DNA of 64,000 bases, taken from the NCBI GenBank assembly GCA_043733345.1, contig JAYTGQ010000391.1, positions 757 to 64,756 on the forward strand, read 5' to 3'. Below, piece after piece: positions 19,843-28,793 of the stretch (position 1 is its first letter; each line of letters opens with the position of its first letter). This DNA comes from Schlesneria sp. Lineage in GTDB: Bacteria > Planctomycetota > Planctomycetia > Planctomycetales > Planctomycetaceae. A program made the position numbers and the translations under genes. Under the pieces are notes generated by a model. The model saw nothing but the letters and a program-made list of their open reading frames with translations, did not search any database and was not told the DNA's origin.

Positions 19843-21639
19843 CTACGACTTCAATCCACCAAGACCGCTCGCATCCGCAAACTGGTCGCGGATCGCATCG
19901 ACTGTCTGCGCGAACGACTCGATGCGATCGCGTTCACGGGCGAAGTCTCCCACCTGTTGTTCGAGGTCGGGGAACAAGCCGCCTCCCACTTGGAGCGATG
20001 CCAGTTCGCGCGCCAATTCGTTAACGTGCTGCGTCAGCCCGCGACGCAATCGGCCGGTGAACGACATCACCAGCAGGCCCGCCCATAGGACGAGGAACAT
20101 CGCGGCCGGAATGTAGAAGTTCGTGTCGAGGTATGGCAGCGGTGGCGTTCGGAGAAATGTGTCGTAGAAAAAGTTTCGACCGATGCGGTACAGCAGGAAC
20201 AGCGGTAGCTCGGCGAACATCACTTCGTAGACAGCTCGCACCAGCCAGTGCGAGTGGCGTGTGGCGGCTTGAAGGATGATTTCGTCGATGCGGCGGGCGG
20301 CATCGGTGAGGAACTCGTGCTGCACGCTGGACGCAGCGTGGCGAAGCGCGTCGAGCGTCGAGGCCGATGATGTTGGCCGGTCGAGCTGCGCCGCATGGGC
20401 ATGTCCCGCGATCACGAGCTGCGCCTCACGCAGTTCCACATCGGAGAGGCCAAGCGACGTGAGACCCTCCAACCGGCGTTCGGCCGCGTGTTCCTGTTGT
20501 GACGACGCCAGCCAGCGCGAGCCGTGGACGAGACCGACCAGTGCCATCTGCGCCGTCGTGCGTGCCCGCGTCAGCGCGAACGACGCCAGCAAACTCGACT
20601 GACTGTGCCACAGTCGCAGCACCGACGCGAACGGGCTGTACCCCCAAAGCTGCGTCACCTGGCCAAGCAACCGCTGCTCCCACAACCCGCGACTGACAAG
20701 CAACTCGTCCCGCAGTCGGCTCGCCATCCGTTCGGTCGCGCGGTGACGTTGGTCGGCCAGCGCCTGTTCGAGCTTGGCGACGAGCGGTGCATGTTGCGCG
20801 AGCGATCCCTTCGCGTGACCGAGAACCTCGTGAACCAACCCGAGCAGGTTGGCCTTGCGGATGCGAACTCGCTGCGCGGCGGAAAGCTCTCGTTGCAAGA
20901 GGTCGATGAGGCGACCGAACTCACCCGTTGGCCGGACGCTCGATTGCTGTTCGGCCAACGCTCGTTTGGAATCGACGAAGAAGAGGTCGCTCACTTCAAA
21001 GCGACCGGTCAATTGCTTCCGCCAGTCGTCGCGAACGTCTTCGTCGAGATCGGCGTGTGTCTGGACGAAGACGATCCGGCACCCTTTCGCCGCCTCCAGC
21101 AACTCATCGCTCACGCGGGCCGAACGGTATTTCTGTTGCGTGCTGACGTAGAGCAGCACATCGCAAAACGGCAGCAACCGATGCAGCCGCGCGAGGTTGC
21201 TTTCGGCAGTCTCAGTTTCGTTCGTATCCGGATCGGGGCAGTCGATCAACACGATGTCCCGCAGCAATGGCGTCTCTTTGCGGACGACATGCAGATCGTC
21301 GAGTGGCAGGTCAAACGAGGAGAGGTCGGTCTGCGGATGAGCGATCAAGTACGGGACCGTCGTCGTCGGTCGTTGTCGTCCCGCTGCCGTGACTTCAGCT
21401 CCCACGAGCGCGTTCACCAGCGAACTTTTGCCGACACCGGTCCCGCCGAACGTGGCGACGACCAGCGGTGCTTCGACCCGCGCCCGCATCGGCTCGAGCC
21501 GTTCGAGTGTTCGCCGCACGAGCCGTTTCTCGCGCTGCACTGGCTCCCACGCGGAGGACTCCACCGACCAAGCCGACAGCCGCGCGATGAGGTCATCCAC
21601 GTTCGATAACAGTTCGAGTTGAGCGAGTTCGGTCGTCAT
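19843..21639 (-). CDS. Dynamin-like/TRAFAC GTPase with C-terminal membrane segments
   Basis: G1 GGTGVGKSS, G2 RPTT, G3 DCPD, G4-like QTHAD; two hydrophobic helices near the C-terminus; start set at MTTELAQ. Confidence 0.82.
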   Translation of the reverse strand: MTTELAQLELLSNVDDLIARLSAWSVESSAWEPVQREKRLVRRTLERLEPMRARVEAPLVVATFGGTGVGKSSLVNALVGAEVTAAGRQRPTTTVPYLIAHPQTDLSSFDLPLDDLHVVRKETPLLRDIVLIDCPDPDTNETETAESNLARLHRLLPFCDVLLYVSTQQKYRSARVSDELLEAAKGCRIVFVQTHADLDEDVRDDWRKQLTGRFEVSDLFFVDSKRALAEQQSSVRPTGEFGRLIDLLQRELSAAQRVRIRKANLLGLVHEVLGHAKGSLAQHAPLVAKLEQALADQRHRATERMASRLRDELLVSRGLWEQRLLGQVTQLWGYSPFASVLRLWHSQSSLLASFALTRARTTAQMALVGLVHGSRWLASSQQEHAAERRLEGLTSLGLSDVELREAQLVIAGHAHAAQLDRPTSSASTLDALRHAASSVQHEFLTDAARRIDEIILQAATRHSHWLVRAVYEVMFAELPLFLLYRIGRNFFYDTFLRTPPLPYLDTNFYIPAAMFLVLWAGLLVMSFTGRLRRGLTQHVNELARELASLQVGGGLFPDLEQQVGDFARERDRIESFAQTVDAIRDQFADASGLGGLKS

Positions 21640-21672
21640 GAGTTCGTGCCTCCGTTGCTCTGTCTTCGTTTC

Positions 21673-21753
21673 ACCGCGTGGGCAACGCCCCGCGTGTTGA
21701 GTGACGTTCGGCGTTGTTCCGCCACTCGACGCGCGGGGCGTTGCCCACGCGGT
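21673..21753. repeat. REP hairpin between the two GTPase genes
   Basis: Perfect 22-bp arms ACCGCGTGGGCAACGCCCCGCG; single arm also at ~14139-14157. Confidence 0.8.
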
Positions 21754-23726
21754 TAAACGAGTTTGGTGTGATTCAACGTGTTCGCCAACTCTGCGACGAC
21801 GGCTTTGACTTCGCCGAACGACGGTGATTCGGGGACGTTCGCGCCCGCTTGCAGTTCGTCGAGGAGTTCGCCCAGCAGATGCTCGCGCAGTTGGGCGAGC
21901 AACCAAGCTTCGCGTTCCGCTTTGAATTTGGTGTGGAGTTGCAGCAGCCACGCTTTGGCTTGTCCCAGCACACCGCCAGCCGTTTCGACGACGGCTTCGC
22001 CCGCGACCGTGGTGGCCGCTGCGCCGGTCGTGTCGATGGCGACGTGTGTCAGCGTTTGTGTGGCCGCTTCTGCGATGAGATGGTCTGCACCGAAGCCGCC
22101 GCCCATCGCGAGCAAGAGCGTGAGCGCGGGGCGGAAGACGGCGGCGGCGCGGTCGGCCTGACGCAGCATCGTGAACAACTGCTGGCGATCCGTCTTCAGT
22201 ACGGACATCTCCTCGTGGACGAGGCGTTTGGCCAGTGCGGCGAAGTCAAACTGATCGTGTTCGCGGTGGAGTTGAGCCAGCACGGCCTCGCACGAGGTCC
22301 CCGAGAGAAGTCGCTCCAAACGTGAGGTCAGCAGTTCGTTGCCGAGTGTTGTGATGACCTGCAACTGTCCGTAGACCTGTTCGAGGACGCGGACGATCGC
22401 GTCCCATTCGGCCTTGCGGTACTCATCGAGCGGCGGCGGTGGAGCACCCCACACGTGATCGCGCACGAGCCGCACTCCCCCCGTCAGCCAACGGCCGAGA
22501 TGCGCGTAGAAGCCATGCACGCTGGCCGTCCACGCCTCACGATGCCCGTCCCACCACGACCACATCTCATCGACCAGCAGCCCGTTCGGCGGAGCGGGCC
22601 AGTCCGCTTGCTTGACCATCGCGCGGGAGGCAAACACATCGGAGGCGTCTCGAAACTGGCGACTCCTCGTGGCGACTTCACGCAGGTACGCGGGGACGCC
22701 GGAGTCCACATCGACCAGCCGTGTCAGCGACCCTCGCAACGTCCGCAGCTTGATCTCGGCGAAGCGGAGCTGCGACAAGACTGTGCTGAGTGCTGAGTGC
22801 TGAGTGTCGAGTGCCAGAGGGGAAGCAACGACATCACGCGCAGTCATCGCCTGCTCTGGCACTCGACACTCGACGCTCGTCACTCGACGCTCTTCAAACT
22901 TCAACGCAATCGCTTCCGCTGCCTTGCGGTTGTTCTCGGCGAGATAGACGTATTCGGGCTTCAGCCCGGTTTCGCCACAAAACGTGTTGAGCCAGATCGG
23001 CCAGTACGGTTCGTCGTCGGGAAGCTCGACTTGGTTGAAGACGATGATGGCCGCTTTGTCTTCGCTGGCCGCCTTGCGGAAGAATTGTTTGACCGCCGCG
23101 TCGTTGTATTTCTGCTGCGTGAGGACCGCGACGAGGACATCGGCCGCTTGGCGCACGGCGTCGGCCCGCTGCCAGTTCACCGGCGCATCGCTGTCCACGT
23201 CGGGCGTGTCGAGGATCACGAGATTCTTCGGCACGCTGTCGTGAGTCCGCCAGAAGAGGCAATGCGCGTCGCTGCTCTGCAACGCCTCATCGCCGCTCGT
23301 CCACGAGCGGAGCTCAAACGCGGGGAACATCGCGTGCAGATCGTGCTGCTCGGCAAAGTCCGTCGGGACAAGACAGACAGGATGCTTCGTGCCCGATGCC
23401 AGTGGACTGCTCGCACTGGCGCGAAAGCCCGCGATGTGATTGAAGACAACGCTCTTGCCGATGTTCGTCCCGCCCACGACCGCGACGATCAAGTAGGCTC
23501 CGTCGGCCAGTTGAGGCACCAGCTTGCGAGTCAGCAAATCGAACCAGTCTCGCCCGGCCAGCGGTTTTAAACGGAGCGGCTTTGCAGCGCGTTCGAGGGA
23601 AGTCAGTGAGCCACTTAGCCGCTGCACGAGACTTGAGAACCGAGTCAGTCCGGCGGACGCGCGATCCGCATTCGGCGAGTCCCCTGCGATCGCGATTGAA
23701 CCGAACTCCCGTAGACTGTCGGTCAC
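21753..23726 (-). CDS. Dynamin-like/TRAFAC GTPase, contains in-frame repeat insertion
   Basis: G1 GGTNIGKS, G2 SGTK, G3 DTPD, long helical C-terminal stalk with a hydrophobic hairpin; low-complexity insert at ~22784-22890. Confidence 0.82.
   Translation of the reverse strand: MTDSLREFGSIAIAGDSPNADRASAGLTRFSSLVQRLSGSLTSLERAAKPLRLKPLAGRDWFDLLTRKLVPQLADGAYLIVAVVGGTNIGKSVVFNHIAGFRASASSPLASGTKHPVCLVPTDFAEQHDLHAMFPAFELRSWTSGDEALQSSDAHCLFWRTHDSVPKNLVILDTPDVDSDAPVNWQRADAVRQAADVLVAVLTQQKYNDAAVKQFFRKAASEDKAAIIVFNQVELPDDEPYWPIWLNTFCGETGLKPEYVYLAENNRKAAEAIALKFEERRVTSVECRVPEQAMTARDVVASPLALDTQHSALSTVLSQLRFAEIKLRTLRGSLTRLVDVDSGVPAYLREVATRSRQFRDASDVFASRAMVKQADWPAPPNGLLVDEMWSWWDGHREAWTASVHGFYAHLGRWLTGGVRLVRDHVWGAPPPPLDEYRKAEWDAIVRVLEQVYGQLQVITTLGNELLTSRLERLLSGTSCEAVLAQLHREHDQFDFAALAKRLVHEEMSVLKTDRQQLFTMLRQADRAAAVFRPALTLLLAMGGGFGADHLIAEAATQTLTHVAIDTTGAAATTVAGEAVVETAGGVLGQAKAWLLQLHTKFKAEREAWLLAQLREHLLGELLDELQAGANVPESPSFGEVKAVVAELANTLNHTKLV
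22784..22890. repeat. Heptamer-based palindromic element inside a CDS
   Basis: (TGCTGAG)3-TGTCGAG-TGCCAGAG ... CTCTGGCA-CTCGACA-CTCGACG; 18-bp perfect core 22802-22819 / 22854-22871. Confidence 0.8.
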
Positions 23727-23749
23727 CGGTGACTCTCCCTTGCAGCAGA

Positions 23750-24136
23750 TTAGACGAGAGAAAGCCGCCCCGTGACAAAGTTGATCGACAAGTGATGGCC
23801 TCGAAAGAAATCGAGCCCGAGCAGTCCATCCACCTTGGTATCCCCCGGAATGGAATGGACGATGACATCCAATCCGAGGCGATGTTGACCCAATGCGCTG
23901 AGACGGTTCAAGGTGATGATGGGCCGAGTGACCGGACCACCCGTCGTTGTGAACTCGATCGTTTTTGATTCGAGTGCGGGGCCGTAACCGAGATAGCGGA
24001 CGACATCCTCACTGAGCATGGTCGTCGTTGCGCCGGTGTCGAGGATCAGTTGGAGGTCCATGCTGTCCGCAGGCCCACTGGCGGATGCTTCGACGAGGAT
24101 CGGTCCCCTCCGTGCCGTGAACGAAAACTCACTCAT
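23750..24136 (-). CDS. Retropepsin-like (clan AA) aspartyl protease
   Basis: LILDTGATTT catalytic motif and DGLLGLDFF flap/psi motif; ATGA overlap with the upstream gene. Confidence 0.88.
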   Translation of the reverse strand: MSEFSFTARRGPILVEASASGPADSMDLQLILDTGATTTMLSEDVVRYLGYGPALESKTIEFTTTGGPVTRPIITLNRLSALGQHRLGLDVIVHSIPGDTKVDGLLGLDFFRGHHLSINFVTGRLSLV

Positions 24137-24360
24137 AGCACCAGCACCACGTCTTCCAACCACGGCCCCAATTTCCGAATGGCGATATGGTGCAGTCCCA
24201 ACTCCTTGGCTCTTTGGAAGAGCTGACTTCGATCCGCAGAATGGGCGACGACACGCCCGCCCAACAACCGTTGCGAGTCATCTTTCTGCGGTTCGTCGAT
24301 GAGTACCCATTCTGGTGAGAAGCGGGCTTCGATCTCGTCGAGTGTGAGATAGTCATCCAT
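24133..24360 (-). CDS. Small DUF5678-like protein
   Basis: 75 aa, EWVLI...[13 protein letters not shown]...R pattern; translationally coupled to the protease. Confidence 0.65.
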   Translation of the reverse strand: MDDYLTLDEIEARFSPEWVLIDEPQKDDSQRLLGGRVVAHSADRSQLFQRAKELGLHHIAIRKLGPWLEDVVLVL

Positions 24361-24432
24361 CGTTTGTTCCTTGGCGGCAGGAGTTGGTTGCCATCATCCT
24401 GCGATCACGGGCGGAGTCAATTGGCCCCAGCT

Positions 24433-25554
24433 TCATCCGATGTTCACGAAGACCTTCAACGCCTCTTTGTCTTCGACCAGCAGACGCATCATTTCCTGGT
24501 AGTTGTCCAAACCCGCGACGGGGTTGGTGAGGATGCGTTGGGTGACACCGGGGAACATCGCTTCGCCGTGGGACAAGGCTTGCAGGCCGAGTTCAAAGTG
24601 GTGACGGTTGCCGTTCACGCTCGACACAAGCAGCTTGTTGCCGAGTACCCATTCGAGGTTGATCTTGGCGGCGTCGATCGTCACTTCGTGCGTGCCGCCG
24701 GTGATGCTCGTCCAGATCAGCGCGCCGTTCAGATTGAGCACCTCCATCGAGCGGAAGCACTGCTCGGCGTTGCCGGTGGCTTCAAAGATGATGTCCGGTC
24801 TGCCAACGCGCTTGACGAGATCGTGCATCGACTCTTGCTTCGTGCTGACGTAGGTGGCTCCATACGCCGTGGCGATCTCGGACTTCCGATGCGGTCCCGG
24901 TTTGGTGGCCAGCGTGTAAACATCCAGCCCACGCAGCTTGAGCATCATCGTGGCGAGCAGCCCGATCTGACCGGCTCCCAGCACGAAGGCGCGCCGGGGT
25001 CTCCAGACTTGCAGCCGCTGCTGGGCCAGATACGCCTGCTCGATCGCCTTCGCGCAGACGCTGGCCGGTTCCGATAACACGCCGAGATGCTTCAGTTGCG
25101 GCGGAACTTTCACCATGTACTCGGCATCGTCCACGAACAGCTCGGTCAGGTAGCCGTGACAGAGATTGATGCCGCGCTCGTAGTAAGTCTCTTCGCTGGT
25201 GATGTCGTTGCGACCGATCACGTCATAGACCGAACCGCCCGGTCGGCGGACGGTGCAGGAGACCAGATCGCCCGGCTTCAGCTCCGTGACCTTCGCACCC
25301 ACCTCGACCACCTGTCCAAAGCTCTCGTGCCCGATGACGAGATGTTCGCCACCGGGTGGAGCGTTGCCGTAGAGGGCCTCGTTGATCTCGCGATCAGTCG
25401 CATCGACGCCGATTTGCAGCGTCTTCACCAATACCGCGCGGCCATCGGGGATCTGGCAGACATGTGCATGAGGCTGATCGGTCAGCTTCGGCTGCGGGAT
25501 GTCTCGCAGGTGGACACTGTTGGTCTGTCCGGGAAGTACGGCTACGGCTTTCAT
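24433..25554 (-). CDS. Glucose 1-dehydrogenase-like zinc-dependent MDR dehydrogenase
   Basis: MKAVAV...[30 protein letters not shown] Rossmann motif; archaeal-type GlcDH layout. Confidence 0.85.
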   Translation of the reverse strand: MKAVAVLPGQTNSVHLRDIPQPKLTDQPHAHVCQIPDGRAVLVKTLQIGVDATDREINEALYGNAPPGGEHLVIGHESFGQVVEVGAKVTELKPGDLVSCTVRRPGGSVYDVIGRNDITSEETYYERGINLCHGYLTELFVDDAEYMVKVPPQLKHLGVLSEPASVCAKAIEQAYLAQQRLQVWRPRRAFVLGAGQIGLLATMMLKLRGLDVYTLATKPGPHRKSEIATAYGATYVSTKQESMHDLVKRVGRPDIIFEATGNAEQCFRSMEVLNLNGALIWTSITGGTHEVTIDAAKINLEWVLGNKLLVSSVNGNRHHFELGLQALSHGEAMFPGVTQRILTNPVAGLDNYQEMMRLLVEDKEALKVFVNIG

Positions 25555-25788
25555 GAGGGACCACTCGTCGAAGGGAGGCGGGAACGGAGGCGTGACCCAC
25601 GACCGGGCCAACGCGCGGCGGAGTGTATCGGACGGCGATGCGTCGTTCCACGAATGGCTTGCGATCCCATTCGGCCGGAGTCTGTGTCGGATCGACTTGC
25701 CGAAACGGGTGGCTCACACTGGAGAACCTTTCAAAGCCGGTTCGACTCGCGAAACGAGCCTGACGCGCGAGTTTTGAAGTTGCGCTAT

Positions 25789-25907
25789 CAGCCTGTTGAA
25801 AAACGGCTGCCGGGAGGGCGAGGCTCCTGCCGAGCCGCGAGAAACAAGCGACTTTCCTGACGCACATGGCTCGGCGGGAGCCTCGCCCTCCCTTTTTCAA
25901 CAGGCTG
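25789..25907. mobile_element. MITE family M1 (119 bp)
   Basis: Same TIRs and near-identical interior as 18528-18646; 4-bp duplication CTAT on both sides. Confidence 0.88.
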
Positions 25908-25975
25908 CTATTCGTCGAAGAATCTCCTCAAACTCAAGTTTGTACCTGACCTGGCTGTCAGAAGGGCATTGTGCC

Positions 25976-26053
25976 ATTCGCGGTCTCTCTTCATTCGCTG
26001 TCGATCTTGAAAAGTGGGAGTCCTTCGACAGCGAATGAAGAGAGACCGCGAAT
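25976..26053. repeat. Perfect 29-bp inverted repeat with 20-bp spacer
   Basis: ATTCGCGGTCTCTCTTCATTCGCTGTCGA (25976-26004) and its exact reverse complement (26025-26053). Confidence 0.9.
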
Positions 26054-26230
26054 CACGACCGTCCTTACCCGACGTTTCCCCCGAATCCCATGGGGAAAGG
26101 CGGAGAACGACGCCCACAAAATCAAAAGTGTGCAACTTCAAAACGCGCGAGCGAGGGCTGGGCATTCGATGACCCCGAATCGCGCGCGTCGGGCGAGTAC
26201 CTTGTCATGACTCGGTTTGGGAGTTGGTAG

Positions 26231-26323
26231 TTACGCTTCCAAGAACTGTCGGTCTTGGAGGCGGCAGCCGGTCTGGATCGCCTTGTGGAATTCTTCGATC
26301 AGCCAGCGGCGCTCGTAGTACTC
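26231..26323 (-). pseudogene. IS4-family transposase fragment (YREK motif)
   Basis: YYERRWLIEEFHKAIQTGCRLQDRQF matches the Y-x2-R-x3-E signature of IS4/IS50 transposases; only ~30 codons present, starting at a REP end. Confidence 0.75.
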
Positions 26324-26447
26324 GACGGGACCGCTTGTCGGCGGAGCGACAGGGCTACCGCAAAAGCAGGTGCGTTCCGAAGTCTCCACGTACCCGACGT
26401 GTGCCAGGACTCTCAAGAACTCTCGGACAGAGCGGATGCACAGCCCC
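26324..26447. repeat. REP arm plus orphan right end of MITE family M2
   Basis: GACGGGACCGCTTGTCGGCGGAGCGAC...GTGCGTTCCGAAGTCTCCACG as at ~33832-33910; AACTCTCGGA-N9-TGCACAGCCCC as at 56840-56869. Confidence 0.7.
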
Positions 26448-26474
26448 TTGGAGATGGACTGTCGTCGGGGTGAT

Positions 26475-26589
26475 ATACCGCGCACGGATGAGGATGGCAC
26501 ATTTCACACTAACCCGAAGCGTAAGCGAGAACGTGTGTTGCATCCTCGCTTACGCTTCGGGTTAGTGTCAGCGTGTACCGCGTGAGGTA
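26475..26589. mobile_element. MITE family M5 carrying a REP hairpin
   Basis: ATACCGC...GAGGATGGCACATTTCACACTAACCCGAAGCGTAAGCGAG...CCTCGCTTACGCTTCGGGTTAGTGTCAGC is near-identical to 61321-61436. Confidence 0.7.
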
Positions 26590-26605
26590 GAGCGTCTTCA
26601 CGAAA

Positions 26606-26640
26606 CAAAAAAACGGGGCAGGTTTGCCACCTGCCCCGTC
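26606..26640 (-). terminator. Intrinsic terminator of SDR-SCP2 gene
   Basis: On the minus strand ACGGGGCAGGT-loop-ACCTGCCCCGT followed by a T-run. Confidence 0.75.
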
Positions 26641-26699
26641 TCGATATTCGTCGAATCAGGGCCGATTCAAGCCACCCCGGTGCTTCGTACCTCAGCGTG

Positions 26700-28172
26700 T
26701 CAGTTGACGGTCTGCTCCAGCATCTGCTCGAGTAGTTTCGCGTACTGATGCAGCGTTCGCCCGTTGCCTTGGATGACGGCCGCTCCAGAATTGAAGGCGT
26801 CGTCCCAGTTGCGTTGCCCCTGTGCGAGCGACGCGAGCGTCTCCACGTTCAGTCGGCACGTTGCCAGACGGTCTTCGTGCAGTCCGGTTTCCACGCCGAC
26901 GATCTCTTCGCCACGGACGATGACCTGCCATTGACCGCCGCCGTGGCCGCAGACATCCAAGCCGAGCAACCGTTCGTCGGACGACTTGGGTGGATGCACG
27001 TCCGTCTGCTCCAGCAACGGAGTCAACAGCGAGACCACATCGAACTCGGGAACCACCGGGCGTTTGCTCGGTTCTGGGAATCCGTCATCAATGACGATGC
27101 GCGACAGCTTTGTCAGCAGGTCTCGACTGACATGCGGACAGGCCAGATGAGGCGCGGCGGCTTCGGTGTTGGTCCGATCGAAGATCGGGTCCATCTTCCA
27201 ATACGAGTTGTAAATGCGGATGTGCTCGTAGAAGAGTCGCTCCGCTTCGGTGGGATCACCCGGTTGCTGGTTCGGGCCGACGAGAGTTGACCCGTAAGTG
27301 CCGGTCGTCTGTTCGAGGACATCGCGGATGAGCCGGGTCGTGACCGGGTGCTTTGGCGTGAGATGGTACGTCTGGCCATGCAGTCTCGGGTGAGTCAGCA
27401 CGTGAGCCATGAACGCGGAAACCCAATCCACAGGGACCAAGTGCTTGGTTTCAGTGCCGTTCAGTGTCAGTCGCACTGGCTGGTCGCCGACCAACCCCGT
27501 GAGGTCTTTCGGGAACGCTTGAATGATGGTGTGAGTCAACTTGAGCGCGGCGTAAAAGCCGTGGTAAGTTGTGGTCCGTCCGGTCATCGAATCACCGATG
27601 ATGATCGCCGGACGGAAGATCGTGGGCGTGTCGATGAAGTCGCAGTTGCGAACCATTGTCTCCGACTCCAGCTTGCTCCGCTCGTAGTCGTTTGAGAATT
27701 CCTGTCCGACGTTCAGTTCGGACTCCAGCACGCGGCCCTGACGCAGCCCAGCCACGTACGCGGTAGAGACGTGATGAAATTGGCGGAGGCCCGTTGTGCG
27801 GCAGAAGTCCAGCACGTTGCGAGTTCCGCCGACGTTCGACCGCCACGGCTCGCCTTCTTTGCTGGTCGAATGAAACGTCAAGCTGGCGGCGTTGTTGATG
27901 ATGGCCGAGCAATACTCCGCCACCCAGCGCACATCGTTCGCGTTCAAGCCCAAGTCGGGCTGGCTGATGTCACCTTCCATCACGACGGGGCGAGGCAATG
28001 CTCGTCCTGCCTCGGCGTCCCAGCCGCACATGGCGACTTCGATTCTCTGTCGAGCGGACTGTCGCCGATTGGATCGGCCAATCACCGCCACGGGCACGTC
28101 GGCGAGCAACAGGTCACGGAGCAGGTAGTTCCCGAGCAGACCGGTCGCACCGGTAAGCAAGAAATAACTCAT
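26700..28172 (-). CDS. Extended SDR (thioester reductase/fatty acyl-CoA reductase-like) fused to SCP2 lipid-binding domain
   Basis: TGATGLLG, NNAAS, VSTAYVAG, YERSK, RPAIIIG motifs; C-terminal GGGQW...G-x-xxIQGN SCP2-like tail. Confidence 0.82.
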   Translation of the reverse strand: MSYFLLTGATGLLGNYLLRDLLLADVPVAVIGRSNRRQSARQRIEVAMCGWDAEAGRALPRPVVMEGDISQPDLGLNANDVRWVAEYCSAIINNAASLTFHSTSKEGEPWRSNVGGTRNVLDFCRTTGLRQFHHVSTAYVAGLRQGRVLESELNVGQEFSNDYERSKLESETMVRNCDFIDTPTIFRPAIIIGDSMTGRTTTYHGFYAALKLTHTIIQAFPKDLTGLVGDQPVRLTLNGTETKHLVPVDWVSAFMAHVLTHPRLHGQTYHLTPKHPVTTRLIRDVLEQTTGTYGSTLVGPNQQPGDPTEAERLFYEHIRIYNSYWKMDPIFDRTNTEAAAPHLACPHVSRDLLTKLSRIVIDDGFPEPSKRPVVPEFDVVSLLTPLLEQTDVHPPKSSDERLLGLDVCGHGGGQWQVIVRGEEIVGVETGLHEDRLATCRLNVETLASLAQGQRNWDDAFNSGAAVIQGNGRTLHQYAKLLEQMLEQTVN

Positions 28173-28717
28173 AAGGCAGGTTTCCGCTGGAGATATCGGT
28201 GGAGATCGAGCCTCATGCACGTTCCAAATCGCTCGGCATCCTGAGCGAGCGGCCAAGTCTAACCGGCTGGATTCGACCAATGCAATCGACGGAATCCCCG
28301 CGCGTCGCTTAGTTCTCTTGGCCCGTCGTCAAAATTGCGCTGAGTGAAACGACTCGCGAAACGTGCAGCATTTCCCGGACAGTGAGCCTCTTCCATGCGC
28401 TGGCGGCAGAGCGAATCACCCGCCACGAGAACGATTTGCGTTCGACGAACAGGGGTTGTAATGATTGCATCGCGCGATCACGGTGCGACCTATCGGAATG
28501 CTCTGGTTCGGCGGATTCCACCGATGAGACGGTTCTCAGTCGGACGCAAGGTGATCTGTTACGTAGGCGAGTTCCGTTGGCTGGCAGCAACGATTGTCCG
28601 TGTCGCAGCGATAAGGCATCGCTTGGCGGCCTCAAGATTATTGAGACGACGTAACGGCTTTATGACGACCAGGCGCGGATTGATGCTACGAACGCCATCT
28701 TCCACTTTCACGCTCCT

Positions 28718-28793
28718 CTAAACGGTCACCGGAGATTCAATCCGCAGACGGTGACTAAACGGTCACCGGAGATTCAATCCGCAGACGGTGACT
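28718..28793. repeat. 37-bp exact tandem duplication
   Basis: CTAAACGGTCACCGGAGATTCAATCCGCAGACGGTGA occurs twice head-to-tail and overlaps the stop of the ATP-grasp gene. Confidence 0.9.

Noticed and set aside
21640-21951. N-terminal extension of the second GTPase given in the ORF track
   Set aside because: It runs through a REP hairpin and overlaps the upstream gene; MTTELAQ at 21639 is the more plausible start. The same applies to track starts at 9877, 19828, 28280 and 62950.
28718-28793. 37-bp repeat as a CRISPR array
   Set aside because: Only two units, directly adjacent with no spacer, and no cas genes in the window.
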